Assembly (NCBI GenBank): GCA_963704435.1
Contig: OY969902.1
Location: 510,001-542,000, forward strand
DNA from: an uncultured archaeon
GTDB lineage: Archaea; Micrarchaeota; Micrarchaeia; Micrarchaeales; CABMGC01
Direction: 5' to 3'
DNA length: 32,000 nt
Part shown: piece by piece, positions 16,880 to 26,261 of the stretch
Layout: every line of letters starts with the position of its first letter
How positions within the stretch are numbered: the stretch's first letter is position 1
Made by a program: the position numbers and the translations under genes
Notes under the pieces: generated by a model
What the model saw: only the letters and a program-made list of their open reading frames with translations
What the model was told of the DNA's origin: nothing
Databases searched by the model: none

Positions 16880-18134
16880 TTACGATCGCGAAATAAGCGC
16901 GCTGAGCAGGAGGGGCTACCAGGCGGAACTCTACGTCGAGAAGGTCGATTCGCTGCAGATCACAAAGGAAATGGAGGCGACGACTTCGCAAAGCAGCCAG
17001 ACGGAGGGCTATAGACTCAGGGTGGTAAAGGAAGGCAAGGTTGGTTATGCGTCTTCCAGCGTCTTCGAAAAGGCCATGGTAGAGCGCGCGATAAAGGCCT
17101 GCGGGGTAGCGCAGCCTGACAGGAATAACGCGCTGCCGCCATCATGGCGCTGCGCCAGAAGCAATTCCCGCAATTTCAATTTCAGAATAGAGGATTCCGT
17201 AGCTGCGGCCAAGGCCTTCTTCGATATGTTAGTGGAGCCTTCAACGGTGAACCTAAATTCCGCAACAGTCTGCGCCGCGAATACCGAAATCAGCGTAATC
17301 AGCACGGAAGGAGTGGACGTCAAGGAAAAATCATCTGCCTTTTCAGCGTATGTGGAGGCCAATTACAAGAAGGGCAGTCTGCTGACCCCTGAGGTCCATG
17401 ACTACCGCACTTCGACCAAGATGCTCAGGAATCCGAATGGCATCCGCCAAACGGTCATGGAAAAGATAGACGCAGTAAAGCTGCAGAGCCAGCTTCCCCG
17501 CAAATTCGATGAGGTCGTCTTCACGCCCAAGGCGGTGGCGATGGTGATATCCAGTCTGGTGGCTTCCTCTTTCTCTGGCGAAAGCCTTTTCAGGGGCATA
17601 ACGCCCATGAAAGAAGAACTCGACCTAGGGAACTGGATATCCCTTATGGACGATCCATTCGTGAAGGACAGCGTCTACAACTGCAGTTTCGACGGCGAGG
17701 GACTGCCCAAAAGAAAGATACCCCTAATCCAGGAAGGCAGAGTCAAGAACTTCCTATACAACACATACTGGGCGCGCAAGGCCTCCGTTGCAGGAACCGG
17801 CTCGGCCAGCCGCGGATACCAGAGTGCACCCCAGATAGCGAACTCGAACCTAGTCATATTGGCGAACGAGGAGAAGGATGTGGCTGAGGACTCTCTTGTT
17901 GTGGATGAAGTCCTGGGATCGCACACTAGCGATTTGACTACGGGCAAATTCAGCGTTACCGCGAGCGCAGCATGGATAAATGGCAGGAGCGGAAGCAGGG
18001 GAGTTAAGGGTGTCGTCGTAACCGGCAACCTTACTGACTTCCTCAGTGGGATAGAGTCGATGTCGCGAAACAAGATTACGGATTACGGGGTCGTTACCGG
18101 AGACCTAAAGGTAAAAGGCCTGAGCATAACTTAA
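16872..18134 (+). CDS. pmbA: PmbA/TldE-family protein (TldD partner)
   Basis: Overall TldD/PmbA-like pattern without HExxxH. The ATG at 16872 overlaps the tldD stop by 8 nt. The track start at 16863 is a TTG. Confidence 0.75.
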   Translation: MRDYDREISALSRRGYQAELYVEKVDSLQITKEMEATTSQSSQTEGYRLRVVKEGKVGYASSSVFEKAMVERAIKACGVAQPDRNNALPPSWRCARSNSRNFNFRIEDSVAAAKAFFDMLVEPSTVNLNSATVCAANTEISVISTEGVDVKEKSSAFSAYVEANYKKGSLLTPEVHDYRTSTKMLRNPNGIRQTVMEKIDAVKLQSQLPRKFDEVVFTPKAVAMVISSLVASSFSGESLFRGITPMKEELDLGNWISLMDDPFVKDSVYNCSFDGEGLPKRKIPLIQEGRVKNFLYNTYWARKASVAGTGSASRGYQSAPQIANSNLVILANEEKDVAEDSLVVDEVLGSHTSDLTTGKFSVTASAAWINGRSGSRGVKGVVVTGNLTDFLSGIESMSRNKITDYGVVTGDLKVKGLSIT

Positions 18135-18142
18135 GTGATGAG

Positions 18143-19036
18143 ATGGAGTATGATTATGAGAGACTTAGGGAAGTAGGAAAGGTTTCGTTCGAGACTCTGC
18201 AGTACGCGAAAGGACTTGTGAAGCACGGCGCGAGCCTGCTCGACATTGCAGAGAAGATTGAGGCATTCATAGCAGCTAAGGGGATGCTTCCCTCGTTTCC
18301 GGTGAACATATCTGTGAACGAGCGCGCAGCCCACTATACCCCGCTCGCTGGAGACTCGTCGGTCTTCGGAGAAGACGATGTTGTGAAGGTCGATCTCGGG
18401 GCTAGGTCGGGCGATGCGCTGGGCGACTGCGCGCTTACGGTGGACCTGTCAGGCAAGCATTCTAAACTAGTAGAGGTAACGGAAGAGGCTCTGGAGGCTG
18501 CGCTCAGCAAGGTAAGGGCTGGCGTGGCGGTGAACGCGATAGGCAGGGAGGTGGAGACCATAGCCAAGAAGGGGGGCTTCAACCCCATACGCAATCTGGG
18601 CGGACATGGGATAGAGCAGGGGGAGCTGCACGCTTCGGTATTCATACCCAACTTCGACAACGGAGATACGACGAAACTGGAGGAGGGCCAAGTGGTGGCT
18701 GTAGAGGTGTTCCTTACCGCCGGAGCGGGGTACGTCGTTGATGGCGATATGCTGCAGATATTCCAGAAGACGGGGGACGCGGGTGCAAGGAACGAAGACA
18801 CCAGGAAGATCGCCTCCTTCATAGATGATAACTATGGCACTTATCCGTTCGCGCTGCGCTGGCTCTCCAAGGAGTTCGAATCCGAGTTCAAGATAAGGAG
18901 GGCGCTTAACGAGCTGGCGTCGCTCGGCGTACTGGAGTCGTTCCCCGTTCTGGTCGAGAAGACGCGGGGCATAGTCGCGCAGGCCGAGAAGGAAGTCATA
19001 GTCGAGAAGGACTCCTGCTCGATAGTCACCAAGTGA
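18143..19036 (+). CDS. map: Methionine aminopeptidase, type 2 (archaeal)
   Basis: 297 aa with ERAAHYTP, VVKVDLGA, DCALTV, NLGGHGIE, AVEVFLT and AQAEKEVIV blocks typical of archaeal MetAP2. Confidence 0.9.
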   Translation: MEYDYERLREVGKVSFETLQYAKGLVKHGASLLDIAEKIEAFIAAKGMLPSFPVNISVNERAAHYTPLAGDSSVFGEDDVVKVDLGARSGDALGDCALTVDLSGKHSKLVEVTEEALEAALSKVRAGVAVNAIGREVETIAKKGGFNPIRNLGGHGIEQGELHASVFIPNFDNGDTTKLEEGQVVAVEVFLTAGAGYVVDGDMLQIFQKTGDAGARNEDTRKIASFIDDNYGTYPFALRWLSKEFESEFKIRRALNELASLGVLESFPVLVEKTRGIVAQAEKEVIVEKDSCSIVTK

Positions 19037-19060
19037 GCGCGAAGAGTCCTCCGATGCGGG

Positions 19061-21403
19061 TCACGCGCACTTCGTGTAGCCGCAGTTCTTGCAGGTCTGG
19101 CATCCGTTCTCATAGACCAGCATATTCTCCATGCACTCAGGGCACGTCTTTGCCTTGGACTCTGCGCCGTCCTGCTCCGTGATGATGTTCGCCTGCACGC
19201 TCTTTTCCGGGGCGACCATGCTCGACTCGGAAAGCGGAACGAACTTGAAGTTCGTTATGCCGAGTATTATCTCTAGCGCCTTCGCTATCGCGTCCGGGAT
19301 GCTGTAGAGCTTGATGCCGCGGTCCCAGGTTATCGACTCGTTGGCCCTGATGCCCTTGAGGCTCTCTATCACGGACTTTATGTCCCCGTTGAGCTGGAGA
19401 TACCTGCTTATCAGGCGGCCTATGGCCTCGGCATAGCTCTTCTCCTGGCTGCCGGTATGCCCGAGGGTCACGAAGACCTCCCTTATCTGGCCTTCCTCAT
19501 CGAAATTGGCCGTGACGTACAGCGACTCAGACTGCTGGAGCTTCAGCTTTACCGTCTTGCCTATCAGCGCCTGCGGCCTGCGCCAGTTCTCGCTGACCAG
19601 CTGGATCTTTTTCTTCTTCTCCTCTTCCTCGCTGATCAGGATGCTCTCCCTGGATCCCTCCCGGTACACGGTTATGCCCTTGCATCCGGACTTCCACGCG
19701 TCCATGTATATCTCCCCCACCTGCTCCACCGTCGCGTCGGAGGGCAGGTTCACTGTCGAGGATATCGCGCTGTCCACGTGCTTCTGTATCCTTCCCTGCA
19801 TGCCTACCCTGAACTTGGGGTTTATCTTGTGCGCGGGAACGAAGAAGTCAGGCAGCTTCGTCTCGTCAGTCAGGCCCGAGATCTTCATGTACTCCATCAC
19901 CAGCGGGTGGTAGACCTTGAAATACTCCTTGCTCAGCGACTCTGACCTGCGCGTGTAGTTGAAAGCGAAGATCGGCTCTATCCCGCTCGACGTCCCCGCG
20001 AGCACCGATCCGCTTCCTACGGGCGCTATGGTGAGCAGCGCGACGTTCCTCAGCCCGTTCTTCGCTATCTTCTGCCTCAGGTCCTCGTTGAGCGACTTCA
20101 CGAATGTCATGGACAGGTGCTTGTCCCTGTCGAATAGCGGGAACGGCCCTTTCTCCTTGGCTATCGCTGTGCTCTCGTCGTACGCGGTGGTCTTTATCAT
20201 GTCGAACAGCTTGTCGACGAACTGCATCGCCTCGTCGCTGTCGTACTTTATCTTGAGCTTCGCGAACATGTCCGCCAAGCCTGTCACGCCCAATCCTATC
20301 CGCCTGCTCTTCCCTACGGCCTCCTTCTGCGCCGCTAGCGGATGCTTGTCAGAATTGTAATCGAGCACGTTGTCCAGGAACCTGACAGCGTAGCGCGTGG
20401 CCTTCTCAAGCTCCGCCCAATCCACCCGCGCGTTGTCCGCGAACGAATCCAGCACGAACATCGGCAGGTTAAGCGCGCCTAGGTCGCAGGCCCCGTAATC
20501 CTGGAGCGGCTGCTCGCTGCATGGGTTCGTGGTTATGATCTCCATGCCGTTGTACTCGCTAGGCGAGAACCTCTTCATGGTGTCCCAGAACATCACGCCA
20601 GGCTCTGCCCAGTCCCTCGCCGACTTTATGAGCTCGTTCCAGAGGTCCCTGGCCTTCACTTTCTTCTCGATCCGCTTTACCGTGGCGTTCTCGTACTTCA
20701 GCGTGAAGTCGCCGTTGGCCTCGACCGCGTTCATGAACTCGTCGGTGACCCTTACGCTTATGTTTGCGTATTTCACGCTGCTGGTGTCCTGCTTCACCCT
20801 TATGAACTCGAGCACGTCGGGATGGTCCACGCTTATGGTGAGCATCATCGCCCCGCGCCTGCCCTCCTGGCCTATGGCGTGGCCCGTGTCACTCATTATC
20901 TGCATGAATGAGACCGCGCCACTGGAGGTCATGGCGCTGTTGTTCACTGGCGCGCCCCTTGGCCTCAGCACGCTCACGTCGCCTCCGACGCCTCCGCCGA
21001 AGCTGTACGTCCTGGCGGATTCCTTGCACCAGTCGAATATCGCCTCTATGGTGTCGTCCTTTATCGCAATTACGTAGCAGTTAAGAAGTGTCGCCCTCCT
21101 CTTGGCGCCCGCGCCGAACATTATCCTGCCCCCTGGGATGAACCTGAAGTCCTCGAGGAGCCACATGAACTTCTCGTACCACTCGCTCCTCCTCGCGTCG
21201 TCGAACTCGACGCCGGCCATGGCCTTGGCTATTCTCTCCCACATCTCGGTCGGAAGCTTCTCAAGCACAGTCCTGCTCTCGTCCTTGAGCGTGTACTTCT
21301 CGTAGAACACCCTGGCCCGTATCTCGTCCCCGCCGAAGAAGTCAAGCGTCTCCTTCGGTATGCCGCGCACTTCAGACTCAACCTGCGTCTTTTTGACAGA
21401 CAT
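19061..21403 (-). CDS. nrdJ: Class II (adenosylcobalamin-dependent) ribonucleotide reductase with a C-terminal CxxC...CxxC zinc-ribbon tail
   Basis: TNPCSEQPL active-site block, RIGLGVTG, LLTIAPVGSGS, and a C-terminal CPEC...CQTCKNCGY. The ATG is at 21403; the track start at 21457 is a TTG. Contiguous, so no intein. Confidence 0.88.
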   Translation of the reverse strand: MSVKKTQVESEVRGIPKETLDFFGGDEIRARVFYEKYTLKDESRTVLEKLPTEMWERIAKAMAGVEFDDARRSEWYEKFMWLLEDFRFIPGGRIMFGAGAKRRATLLNCYVIAIKDDTIEAIFDWCKESARTYSFGGGVGGDVSVLRPRGAPVNNSAMTSSGAVSFMQIMSDTGHAIGQEGRRGAMMLTISVDHPDVLEFIRVKQDTSSVKYANISVRVTDEFMNAVEANGDFTLKYENATVKRIEKKVKARDLWNELIKSARDWAEPGVMFWDTMKRFSPSEYNGMEIITTNPCSEQPLQDYGACDLGALNLPMFVLDSFADNARVDWAELEKATRYAVRFLDNVLDYNSDKHPLAAQKEAVGKSRRIGLGVTGLADMFAKLKIKYDSDEAMQFVDKLFDMIKTTAYDESTAIAKEKGPFPLFDRDKHLSMTFVKSLNEDLRQKIAKNGLRNVALLTIAPVGSGSVLAGTSSGIEPIFAFNYTRRSESLSKEYFKVYHPLVMEYMKISGLTDETKLPDFFVPAHKINPKFRVGMQGRIQKHVDSAISSTVNLPSDATVEQVGEIYMDAWKSGCKGITVYREGSRESILISEEEEKKKKIQLVSENWRRPQALIGKTVKLKLQQSESLYVTANFDEEGQIREVFVTLGHTGSQEKSYAEAIGRLISRYLQLNGDIKSVIESLKGIRANESITWDRGIKLYSIPDAIAKALEIILGITNFKFVPLSESSMVAPEKSVQANIITEQDGAESKAKTCPECMENMLVYENGCQTCKNCGYTKCA

Positions 21404-21566
21404 TTCATTATCGCTTGCGACCACGAAACCCCCCTTGAATAGCAAATGTTTGAACAATAGTCAAACGACAAATCGAAGCTAGAGTATATTGACAGGCAGC
21501 TATTTAAGTATGAGCTTCCGTAACTTTGCCGTCAATTTTAGGGTGGCTACCTAGGTACCTTTTCGT

Positions 21567-22289
21567 TTACCTGGATAAATTAGATGCGCTCGGGAACTCG
21601 CCTATCCTGCGCTGCCTTATGGTCTCGATGGTCTTCCAGTACTCCCTCAGGTACGGGCCGAGCGCCCTGCTCTTGAGGTTCGCCTTTATGACCTCCACGG
21701 TCCCCCTATCGCCCGGATATCCCGAGCCAATCTTTATCCCGAGCTTCCTCTCTATCAGTTCCATCTCCCTGTCCCTCGTGACCTTGGCGATTATGCTCGC
21801 GGCGGAGACCACAGGGTACCTTATGTCTGCCTTGTGCTCCGATATGATCCTTATCCTCGCCTCCTTGGATCCGCCCTTGGCGCCCACAACCCTCGTGGGC
21901 TTCTTCGAGAACAGGCTTATCCTCATCCCGAACCGCTCCGCCACTACATCAGGGGAATCTATGTACGCCTTCTCCACGTCCGCGTGCATCTCGTCTATCA
22001 GCCTCGCGAAGTGCATCGCCTCCAGCTGGTTTATGGATACGCCGGACCTCATCGCGCTGTTGATCTCGCCGTTCGTTATCTTGTAGGTCCCGACCTCATC
22101 TGAGAGGGACTGTATCTCGTCGAAGAGGAACTCGCGCTTCTTGGGGGATAACAGCTTTGAATCGCGGACCCCTATCTCGGCCAGCTTCTTCTCTCTGGCC
22201 TTGCTTATGCAAATCATGCTGACGACTAGAGGCCCAATCACGGCTCCCCTACCGGCTTCGTCGCCGCCAGCGATTATTATGGGGCTCAC
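21567..22289 (-). CDS. rnhB: Ribonuclease HII
   Basis: IIAGGDEAGRGAVIGPLVV (DEAGRG), DSKLLSPKKRE, AASIIAK. GTG start 2 nt after the stop of the upstream PRC-barrel gene. Confidence 0.85.
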   Translation of the reverse strand: MSPIIIAGGDEAGRGAVIGPLVVSMICISKAREKKLAEIGVRDSKLLSPKKREFLFDEIQSLSDEVGTYKITNGEINSAMRSGVSINQLEAMHFARLIDEMHADVEKAYIDSPDVVAERFGMRISLFSKKPTRVVGAKGGSKEARIRIISEHKADIRYPVVSAASIIAKVTRDREMELIERKLGIKIGSGYPGDRGTVEVIKANLKSRALGPYLREYWKTIETIRQRRIGEFPSASNLSR

Positions 22290-22290
22290 C

Positions 22291-22545
22291 CTAGAGTACG
22301 CCCTTCCTGTCTATGACTATGAAGTCGTTTACCGCCATTACGCTCGCGTATGGCACCTTCAGCTTTCCTTCCTTTACGTCCAGCTTCTTTATGAACGCGC
22401 TGTCAGAGTTCGGCTCCAGGATTATGCCCGTGAGCTTTCCAGTCACTTCGTTGACCTCTGCGTCCAAGAACCTTCCCAGGTCTATCCCGTCGTTCGTCAT
22501 CACTTCCTTGCCAATGAGTTGTTCAGCAATAACATATTTCGCCAT
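22291..22545 (-). CDS. PRC-barrel domain protein
   Basis: LIGKEVMTNDGIDLGRFLDAEVNEVTGKLTGIILE is PRC-barrel-like. The ATG at 22545 is preceded by AAGGTG. Confidence 0.55.
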   Translation of the reverse strand: MAKYVIAEQLIGKEVMTNDGIDLGRFLDAEVNEVTGKLTGIILEPNSDSAFIKKLDVKEGKLKVPYASVMAVNDFIVIDRKGVL

Positions 22546-22642
22546 GTTCACACCTTAAGCGCAACCTCGTAATACCCTTCACAGAGAATATTTATATCTG
22601 TTACCTCTTGGGCCCGTTTCCTCCCTTATATGCGGAGTCCTC

Positions 22643-23056
22643 TCAGGCCACCTCCAATAAAGCCTTTTTCTTCATCGCATTGAGCACGTGCCCGTAGTCC
22701 CTGTAGTGTATGAATGCCGTGACCGAAAGCGTGTACTCCCCCTTGTCGGTCCCTACGTCGCCGTTCACCTCAATCCTCGATTCCTTCTCCTCCCCTGGCG
22801 CGAGCATCCCAAGGCGCAGCTCCTTGGTGCCTGACATCCCAGTGGTGTCAAGGCTGAGGTTCTTCGGGAGCTCCACGACCAGCGAGCTCAGCACGGGCTC
22901 GTTCGTCAGGTTCTTGAGCTTCAGCATGAGCAGGACTGAGTTCTTCCTGTTCGCGTACAGCTTGTACGGCACGAACTCGGTCATTATCCGGTAAGGAAGG
23001 GTCTTGTTAAGTTCCCCTGAAGAGTCCCTCTTGCCAAAGAGGTCGAGTATTTTCAT
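22643..23056 (-). CDS. Hypothetical protein (beta-sandwich/CARDB-like pattern, no signal peptide)
   Basis: The ATG at 23056 (MKILDLFGK...) lies about 35 nt downstream of TATA-like cttaaaatac (23090-23099, minus strand). Host-like composition. Confidence 0.45.
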   Translation of the reverse strand: MKILDLFGKRDSSGELNKTLPYRIMTEFVPYKLYANRKNSVLLMLKLKNLTNEPVLSSLVVELPKNLSLDTTGMSGTKELRLGMLAPGEEKESRIEVNGDVGTDKGEYTLSVTAFIHYRDYGHVLNAMKKKALLEVA

Positions 23057-23120
23057 AAGGTCGCCAGACACTACCAATTGCGCGCAAAGGTATTTTAAGC
23101 TTTTTACGACGCCGAAGCGC

Positions 23121-24026
23121 TCACGGCGGCAAGGAGTAGCCTGCCGTCCACGAGTTCGTGAAGATCACGTTCGTGGGCGTCGCGCTGCGGCCGTTCCCCG
23201 AGTAGTCGTTCGAGTTCCCGTTGAGGGGCCACCATCCCACGAGGTTCTGCAATCTCAGGGGGGCGCCGCCTATTCCCGCGTTGTACAGGGCCTTTATCTC
23301 GTTAGCGGAAAGGGAGGCGTTGTAGAGCTGGACGTTCGCGATGTAGCCGTTCAGCAGGTTGTATATCGGATTGCCGTCGTAGCTGCCTATGTAGAAGGCT
23401 TTGGCGGGTATCGCGTATGGAGTGGCGGGTATGACTCCGCTGTTCTGCGTATTTTGGGTGGGCGAGTTGAACGAGTATGAGGTTATAACGTTCCCGTTCG
23501 CGACGAACGCAAACATGACCCAATCCGATGTCGGCGCGGTTAGCGGCGCGTTGGAGCCGCAATTAGAATATCCGATGCACGAACACGGGTCCCAGTATGC
23601 CGTGAAAGTCGTGCTGGATGCCGCTGGCTCGTATACCTGGCATTCGTAGATGCCCATGCCGGAGCTTCCGCTCGACGGCGCGACTTTCGTCCACCAGGTA
23701 ACGGTGGTGCTGCTCATCTGCGGCAGCGAGTTCTGCGAGACGATAAGGCTGCTCGCGCCGTTGAACTGCGCGACGTAGGTGGGGATGTCTCCGTTGCATA
23801 CGCCTTCCAGGCCGATCGACGAGACGCTGCCTGCGCCGCCGGGCCGGTATACGCTGCACGAGCCGGGCTGGGCGCGCGGGGAGAAGTTGTATGGGGAGAA
23901 GACCCCGAGCGCCATGAGGAAGGCCATGACTATTGCGATTACGAGGATCGCCCATCCGTATACCGCCAGGTGCTCTAGTGAGGCCTGAAGCGAGTACCCT
24001 CTGCTTTTGCACGGCAAGAAACGCAT
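23121..24026 (-). CDS. Type IV pilin-like protein (class III signal peptide) with a LamG/concanavalin-like C-terminal domain
   Basis: MRFLPCKSRGYSLQASLEHLAVYGWAILVIAIVMAFLMALGVF has a charged N-terminus, a Q-A-S-x-E-x-L motif and a hydrophobic helix. C-terminal GYIANVQLYNASLSANEIKALY and WWPLNGNSNDYSGNG are LamG_3-type motifs. Confidence 0.6.
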   Translation of the reverse strand: MRFLPCKSRGYSLQASLEHLAVYGWAILVIAIVMAFLMALGVFSPYNFSPRAQPGSCSVYRPGGAGSVSSIGLEGVCNGDIPTYVAQFNGASSLIVSQNSLPQMSSTTVTWWTKVAPSSGSSGMGIYECQVYEPAASSTTFTAYWDPCSCIGYSNCGSNAPLTAPTSDWVMFAFVANGNVITSYSFNSPTQNTQNSGVIPATPYAIPAKAFYIGSYDGNPIYNLLNGYIANVQLYNASLSANEIKALYNAGIGGAPLRLQNLVGWWPLNGNSNDYSGNGRSATPTNVIFTNSWTAGYSLPP

Positions 24027-24096
24027 CCCTGTGTCTTCTGACACGTTCCTTTGGGAGACAAAGATAAAAAGGCGTGGCATCCGCTTCGGCGGACCC

Positions 24097-26175
24097 TCAC
24101 TCCGCCTCGTGCCTGACTATCTTGAGGACGCCCGGCTTCGGCATGTAGATGTCGCCGCTCCTCTCGAGCTCGTTTATGTAGCGCATCGCCGTCGCCCTGT
24201 CGATCCCGCCCTTCTCCGCCTCCTCGAGCACCCTCGACACCTTCGCGCTCTGCTCATCATCCTCGAGCTTCCTGACTATGCCCATCATCGCGTTTATCTT
24301 GTCTACCTTCTCCTTAGGCATGCCCGTAAGGAGCGTGTCTATGTCCTTCCTCCCGTGGCTGTCGACCGCGAGAGTGTTGAGCATGTAGTTCAACATCCCG
24401 ACCGCCACATCCGCGTCCTTCAGCTCCACGAGCGGGGACAGCCTGGTCTTGGCGCTCGCCTCGGCGAGCCTCACGAGCCCCTCTATCTGCCTCGGGGTCA
24501 TCGGGACGGCTCCCTGCCGGGCGCCTAGCTTCCTCAGCTCCACGTAGTAGTCCTGTATCCTGTCGCTCGCCTCCTTCGTGAGCCGCGGCTTCACGTTCCT
24601 CTTCGCGAAGGCGATGTACTTCCTGAGCAGATCAGGGGCTATCTGCGGCGCCTCCACCTGCTCGTATTCCTTGATGTCCGCTATGCGCGCTCCTGCCGCG
24701 GAGTGCTGAATCAGTATGTGGCTCGCTATGTTCTTGTCCTGGTCCTCGTCCAGTATGTCCCTTATCGGGAATATCAGGTCGAACCTCGACAGCAGCGTAG
24801 GGGGTATGTCGAACTGCTCCGCCGGGTAGATGTTTGGATCGAACCTGCCGTACTTCGGGTTCGCGGCCGCGAGAATCGACGCTCGCGCGGTGAACGTCGC
24901 GACTATGCCCGCCTTGGCTATGCTTATGGTCTGCGACTCCATGGCCTCGAGCAGCGCGCTCTTGTCGTCATCGCTTATCTTGTCGAACTCGTCGATACAG
25001 ACCGCCCCGCCGGATCCCAGCACCAGCGCTCCGGCCTTCAGCGTCCAGCCTCCTTCAGAGAACTCGTCCCTCTCGGCGGATGCGGTCAGTCCGGCGGACG
25101 TCGTTGACTTGCCGCTGATGTAAATCCCTTTGGGCAGCAGCGTGGTGACTGCTTGCAGCAGCCTGGTCTTCGCGCTTCCCGGGTCTCCGATGAGTAGGAG
25201 GTGCATGTCGCTCCTCACCTTGCTCCCGTCCACGAGCGTCTTGTCCGGTGTCCCGCTGAACAGCTGCAGCGCGAGCGACCTCTTGATCTCGTCGTAGCCG
25301 TATATCGACGGCGCGATGGACTTCGCTATCTTGTCGAACACCCTCGGGTCCTTGGAGAGCTCGCGTATTACCTTCTCGTCGTCCTGGCTTATCTCGAGCT
25401 CCGAGAACTCCTTCTGCCTCGGGATGACGGACACGGCGTCGAGGAGCATGGTGAACATCGCCTTCTCCTGCTTGCCCTTCGCGTTCCTCCTGGGCCTTAT
25501 CCTGAGCGTGCCCGTTATGTCCACGCGGTCGCCGGGCATGGCGCAGTTGACCAGGTCGTCCTCGAGCCACACCTCCAGGTTCCAGGTCGGCGTGCTCCCC
25601 CTCAGCCTCTCCAGCGGGTCCTGCACGGCTATCCTCTGCAGGTTGATGAACTTCGACTCCTCGTTGACCTGCTTGAGCGCTCGGCGCTTGCACTGCGGGC
25701 AGATCTCGGGAACGTCCTCCCGGTCGACCTCTATCTTGACCACTGTGTTGCAGAGCGAGCACCGGAACGTGCCCATGTGCACCATCGGGATTATCTCCGA
25801 CCTCTTGACTATGAGCGAATCGAGCGTGAGCAGCTTCCCTATGTTGTCCGAGCCGACCTCCTGTATCAGCGGCATCTGCGACCCTCCCATCCCGAAGAAG
25901 CGCGCGTAGACCGGCTTGTCGAGCGCCTCCGGGTGCGGATTGAGCCGCGCGAGCGCGGAGTTGGCGTTGGGGAGTATCATGTCGGGGTTGTTCATGAGCT
26001 CGCTGGTCAGCTCCCCGTCGAACTCTGCCAGGTCCTTCATGCTGACCGCTATGGCCCTTTTCTGGGGATACGCGACGTACATCTCGTTTATCTGGTCCGT
26101 GCAGTAGACGTTGTAGAACTCGATCAGCCTGTCCTCTATTTCCTTCCTAGCCACGTCGTCCAAGCGAGCCCCCAT
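24097..26175 (-). CDS. mcm: MCM replicative helicase
   Basis: C4 zinc finger CSLCN...CPQCKRR, Walker A GDPGSAKT, Walker B CIDEFDK, arginine finger SRFDL, and a C-terminal wHTH. The ATG at 26175 lies 20-27 nt downstream of atatatat (26195-26202). The longer track ORF would overlap the pilin gene. Confidence 0.95.
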   Translation of the reverse strand: MGARLDDVARKEIEDRLIEFYNVYCTDQINEMYVAYPQKRAIAVSMKDLAEFDGELTSELMNNPDMILPNANSALARLNPHPEALDKPVYARFFGMGGSQMPLIQEVGSDNIGKLLTLDSLIVKRSEIIPMVHMGTFRCSLCNTVVKIEVDREDVPEICPQCKRRALKQVNEESKFINLQRIAVQDPLERLRGSTPTWNLEVWLEDDLVNCAMPGDRVDITGTLRIRPRRNAKGKQEKAMFTMLLDAVSVIPRQKEFSELEISQDDEKVIRELSKDPRVFDKIAKSIAPSIYGYDEIKRSLALQLFSGTPDKTLVDGSKVRSDMHLLLIGDPGSAKTRLLQAVTTLLPKGIYISGKSTTSAGLTASAERDEFSEGGWTLKAGALVLGSGGAVCIDEFDKISDDDKSALLEAMESQTISIAKAGIVATFTARASILAAANPKYGRFDPNIYPAEQFDIPPTLLSRFDLIFPIRDILDEDQDKNIASHILIQHSAAGARIADIKEYEQVEAPQIAPDLLRKYIAFAKRNVKPRLTKEASDRIQDYYVELRKLGARQGAVPMTPRQIEGLVRLAEASAKTRLSPLVELKDADVAVGMLNYMLNTLAVDSHGRKDIDTLLTGMPKEKVDKINAMMGIVRKLEDDEQSAKVSRVLEEAEKGGIDRATAMRYINELERSGDIYMPKPGVLKIVRHEAE

Positions 26176-26261
26176 TCGATAGGGCGAGGCAGGAATATAT
26201 ATGTGACTGGGAAACGCGGGCACTTCCGTTACTAAGCTGGATGGCGGCGGGTTGCGGCGGG

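Noticed and set aside
21548-21557. 10-bp perfect palindrome TACCTAGGTA just downstream of the rnhB stop
   Set aside because: It has no loop, so it is a poor hairpin, and no adjacent T-run on the transcribed strand. A single short palindrome without a second copy or a conservation argument is not enough to call a site.
13095-26175. Search for inteins in polB, nrdJ and mcm, which are common archaeal intein hosts
   Set aside because: Catalytic motifs are contiguous (YADTDS, TNPCSEQPL, and Walker A/B of MCM), and protein lengths (807, 780 and 692 aa) fit intein-free versions.
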